From assembly GCA_031763465.1 (NCBI GenBank), contig JARFOE010000001.1, forward strand, positions 12,402,721-12,440,077: a stretch of DNA of 37,357 nt, written 5' to 3'. Positions 33,525 to 37,357 of the stretch are shown piece after piece; the stretch's first letter is position 1, and the number at the start of each line of letters is the position of its first letter. Under the pieces are notes generated by a model. That model saw nothing but the letters and a program-made list of their open reading frames with translations. It did no database searches and was not told where the DNA came from. The stretch is from Squatina squatina. Lineage: Eukaryota. The position numbers and the translations under genes are program-made.

Positions 33525-34808
33525 NNNNNNNNNNNNNNNNNNNNNNNNNNNNNNNNNNNNNNNNNNNNNNNNNNNNNNNNNNNNNNNNNNNNNNNNNNNN
33601 NNNNNNNNNNNNNNNNNNNNNNNNATATTAAAGTGTACGAAATAGCCTTTGAATCGACTAGATGTTTTATTTTCCTAATTTGATTAATGAGTTTTAATGA
33701 AATATTAAATTATTTGAAGTTGTTAAATAATAAATAAAACCAACGCTAGGCAGCTGCCAATCAATGTTATGAAGCAGTGAGCAGTTTCAGTCCTTGATGA
33801 GGTACAACCATGACAAACCAGAAAAAAGTCTACAATTCAAGTACAAGACCGTTTGTGACTTTTACTTTGCTAAAATGTGCATAAACAGAAACAATGCATT
33901 TGCTGCATGTAATAAATCCCAGAACAATATAAAATGAGGTTACAACTGAAATACTGTTCTGACAATTTCTAGACATGGATGCATAGACTCTCATTAGCAA
34001 TGCCGGAGTATCTTTTGGTGTGAATTCTGCTATGTTAATCCAGTCCAGGGATGTATCTTGATGCTGCTTCTTACTGTCACCATTGCAGGATTTTAATGCA
34101 ACTTCTTCAAGACAGTTTGCTATACATAATAACAGAAGTTAATAAAGAAGGAAAGACAACCATTTAATGTAGCAATCTTATTTAATATTTAATGCAAAAC
34201 ACAAAGCTAGTCACATTCAGCCTTCTGATTTAGAAATCATTTTCAAGCGATTAACATTTTTTTAAATCAAAATGTTGTTAAATTCTGTATGCTATTATAA
34301 ATTTGTGTTTTTTAAATCTGTCTATCTCTAATACATTTCTATACATAATATTAAATCATTATTTTCGATATCCTGATCTAATAAATATAACATGACTATT
34401 CTCACTACAGTATTTCATTATCTCTGCATTAGCATTGAACTGTAGCCTGCCAGATTTCAGCTCATATTATGCCTAAGTATAGAAAGCAATTGGAATTAAT
34501 GAACTAAATTTAAATTATAGGAGCCAATATTCCAACCTTTCGTAATTGTTATGCTGATATATCGCCATCCATAAAATGGCACTCTCACCATTAAGGATAT
34601 TTTTGATGACATTAATGCAGTTTGCAGATTCCACTGTAGGTTTAACAAGGCAATGTAAATCTTTTCTACCAGTGGACTAAAAAGACCAATTGAGCCAATT
34701 ATTCGAGCCAGTCCAACTAACCTAAGTGATACTACAAATTCTGAATCTTTATATGGCATACTCATATTCAGGACAGGACTTAATCAACATCAGCAGACTA
34801 AAGTTAAT

Positions 34809-34993
34809 GGGATAAATTTTTCTCTACATCACATAGGAAATAATCTGGCAGAGGGAATCATTCATTCATTATATAACCTGTCTGATTTTCATTCCATTGA
34901 AATCAATTAAATGAAAATCAGACGGGTTCCATAACAGACAGGTAATCCGCTCTGCCAGGTTAGCACCATGTGGTAAAGCTGAAAATTTACCCT
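34809..34993. mobile_element. ~185-bp hairpin MITE (Harbinger-like)
   Basis: GGGATAAATTTT...CTGGCAGAG...TCTGATTTTCATT / AATGAAAATCAGA...CTCTGCCAG...AAAATTTACCCT. Confidence 0.85.
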
Positions 34994-35867
34994 GTGATTT
35001 TTAAATAGCTGTGAAAATTTGTCAAATAACAAGAATATATACACCTTATTGACGTATTTAGGGCATCATGCACTCGTACTGAGTTTTGCCCATACTGGTG
35101 CACAATATAACATATAAAATGAATTCTCTCTACATCATATCGTATGAGTGCAGTGTTCTGAAGGCACACATCGAAAGGAATGAAAGTGTAAGTTTTGCTG
35201 TGAGAAAATAATTCTTTTGATACCATTAAAGTCATCCTCCAAATGAATCTCACTGTAGAATAAAAGAATGTCACATGCAATTGAGCATTGTAAGAGTGAA
35301 TGCCATTTCACACAGCACAATAAATAGGCAATATGCTGAAGAGTCCACTCTACATATAAAATGGGATTGACAAATCAGCAGGCAGGAGAGAGAAGGCAAA
35401 ACTGAAGACAAAATGAAAACATACTAGACATTAATACTCTTCAAGTAAATATCAATTTGTGCCTTAAAACCAATAGAAATATCAGTTTAAAATAATGGCT
35501 GGAATTGTTTTCAGTGCACAGCACAATACCCTTGTGTATAAAATAAATTAACTATGGTCTGTTCACAGATTTACAAACTACTTGCTCCCAAATTTTCATA
35601 TGTCCTGGATCCTTCCAAGCACAGGCATTTCCATTGGGAATTTCCGCAGCCACAGAATAAGTCCGATCCTAGAGTTACCATGTAAATATCTTCACATAAT
35701 CTTTGAGGAAGCTCTGAATCAGGACATCCAAGAGTAACATTGAAGAAGATTGCTGTCTTGCGGAGAANNNNNNNNNNNNNNNNNNNNNNNNNNNNNNNNN
35801 NNNNNNNNNNNNNNNNNNNNNNNNNNNNNNNNNNNNNNNNNNNNNNNNNNNNNNNNNNNNNNNNNNN

Positions 35868-36045
35868 ATATTTTCAGTTTCTAGCTGTTTTTCTACTATA
35901 TCTTTGAGTAAGGATTCCATTATCTTTCCCATCACTGATGTTAAGCTAATTGTTCTATAATTCCTTGGACTTGTTCAATCTCCTTTTTTAGATATGGAAT
36001 CACATTAGCTGTCTGCCAATCCTCTGGCACTATTCCCTTTCCTAA
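35868..36045 (-). mobile_element. CR1 ORF2 RT N-terminal fragment
   Basis: KGIVPEDWQTANVIP / NYRTISLTSVMGKIMESLLKDIVEKQLE. Confidence 0.9.
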
Positions 36046-36753
36046 TGTCATGGATCAGGAGCCCCACGGTATTATAGAAAAGAGCTGAAATCGCATTATT
36101 GCAAAGGGTCAGCTGAGAGCATTGCAGGCATCCAAGAATGTATTAATGGCCCATTATATGTTTTTAAAGTAGCTTCTGAACCACCATCGCAGTCTGTCCT
36201 TACTGATTGTGAGAACTATTTATATTATTTTGGCTAGTCCTACTGGAACTAACTGGCATTGACAATAAAGAAAACTAAAAGTGAAATTCCTTGTTTCACT
36301 AATACAGTTTTCTCAATATGTATTATCTTATATAATATTCATTACATACATTATGCATGTTAACTTCAGTTTTAAAAATTAAAAATCAATTTTAAATGGA
36401 AAATACACAAGTATTGGCTATGAGTTGAACAAAGACAGAAAGAAATATTAAACTGCAAACACATTTGTTAAAAAAGGTTTAACTTGTTTATTTGCATACT
36501 CACCCTCTTCATCGGGCAAGAGGGGAAGCTGGTGAAAGCCACTGACATCACAAGTACAATGTCAATGTCACTCGGTTGTTGGATAACCGGATACGTGCGC
36601 CTACTTTGAGGGACATCAACAAGGTCTCCCTCTCCCAAAGTGGTGTGACAGATGGCCCAATGAAACATCCCAATTGATGAGCAATGAAAGTCAAAAGTTG
36701 ATTCTACTAGGATCCAGAAAAGATTGCCCTATGATTTATAAAGCAAGTCTTTT

Positions 36754-37165
36754 GCAGCTGTGCCTCAGTGGGTAGCAGTCTCACCTCTGAGTCAGAAGGT
36801 TGTGGGTTCAAGTCCCACTCCAGAAACTTGAGCATACAAATCCAGGCTGACATTCCAGTGCAGAACTGAGGGAGCGTTGCACTGTCGGAGGTGCAGTCTT
36901 TCGGATGAAATGTTAAACCGAGTCTGCCGTGGCACTATTTCAAAGAGGAGCAGGGGAGTTAGCAATATTTATCCCTCAATCAATATAACAAAACAGATTA
37001 TCTGGTCAGTATCACATTGCTGTTTGTGGGAGCTTGCTGTGCACAAGTTGGTTGCCATGTTTCCCACATTACGACAGTGACTACACTCCAGAATACTTCA
37101 TTGGCTGTAAAGCACGGAGATGTCCGAAGGTTATGAAAGGCGCTATATAAATGCCTTAATCTTTC
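36754..37165 (+). mobile_element. Near full-length tRNA-derived Deu-domain SINE
   Basis: Box A-like TGCCTCAGTGG, box B GGTTCAAGTCC, central TCTTTCGGATGAAATGTTAAACCGAG, tail GAAAGGCGCTATATAAATGC. Confidence 0.9.
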
Positions 37166-37357
37166 TATTATACTGCAGTCTAATTATTCTCAACACGCAT
37201 TAACATAAACACTCCTGAATCATTGAACAGCCTTGGCGTTTGCTAGAGTGGCGGTAGTTAACACGAACCTACAGTATAGCATGGTATTCGAATTCCTCCC
37301 TGTACGGAGAGGCTCCATTATCTTAAACTATCCTCCCAGCCCTAGCAGAACACCTCC

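Larger units (their letters stand above)
1274..35867. other. Assembly gaps: 21 runs of 100 N and 2 runs of 10 N
   Basis: Fixed-length N runs (for example 3278-3377, 7726-7825, 21942-22041, 33525-33624), many next to transposon ends. True sizes unknown. Confidence 0.97.

Noticed and set aside
3144-35935. ORFs in the track containing X runs
   Set aside because: They span arbitrary 100-N gaps and join unrelated contig ends, so frame continuity is meaningless.
1-37357. CRISPR array, operon or prokaryotic defence system
   Set aside because: No regularly spaced direct repeats, very low coding density, and vertebrate-type retroelements throughout.

Overview
Eukaryotic, AT-rich, repeat-dense sequence, intronic or intergenic. 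I found no recognisable host-gene exon, structural RNA gene, CRISPR array or prokaryotic feature. The repeat mix points to a cartilaginous fish (inference). It includes CR1 LINEs with an SGNH-esterase ORF1, L2 and Tx1 LINE fragments, tRNA-derived Deu-domain (SacSINE1/AmnSINE1-like) SINEs, a Penelope-like terminus, and many PIF/Harbinger elements and hairpin MITEs. The assembly is fragmented (21 gaps of exactly 100 N, two of 10 N), so many listed ORFs are gap-spanning or antisense-to-transposon artefacts. Every recognisable protein-coding trace is a decayed transposon gene: CR1 ORF1/ORF2, L2 ORF2, Tx1 ORF2, two Harbinger DDE transposases and one intron-containing Harbinger Myb/SANT gene. The most notable items are a minimal hammerhead-ribozyme core at a Penelope end (21908-21941, minus), a Harbinger element nested in another Harbinger transposase, a ~945-bp foldback built from two ends of one MITE family, about six hairpin MITEs, and a CR1 5' end retaining a CRE, an E-box and splice donors. 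I see no convincing new biological system. Family assignments come from motif recognition by eye, not database searches.
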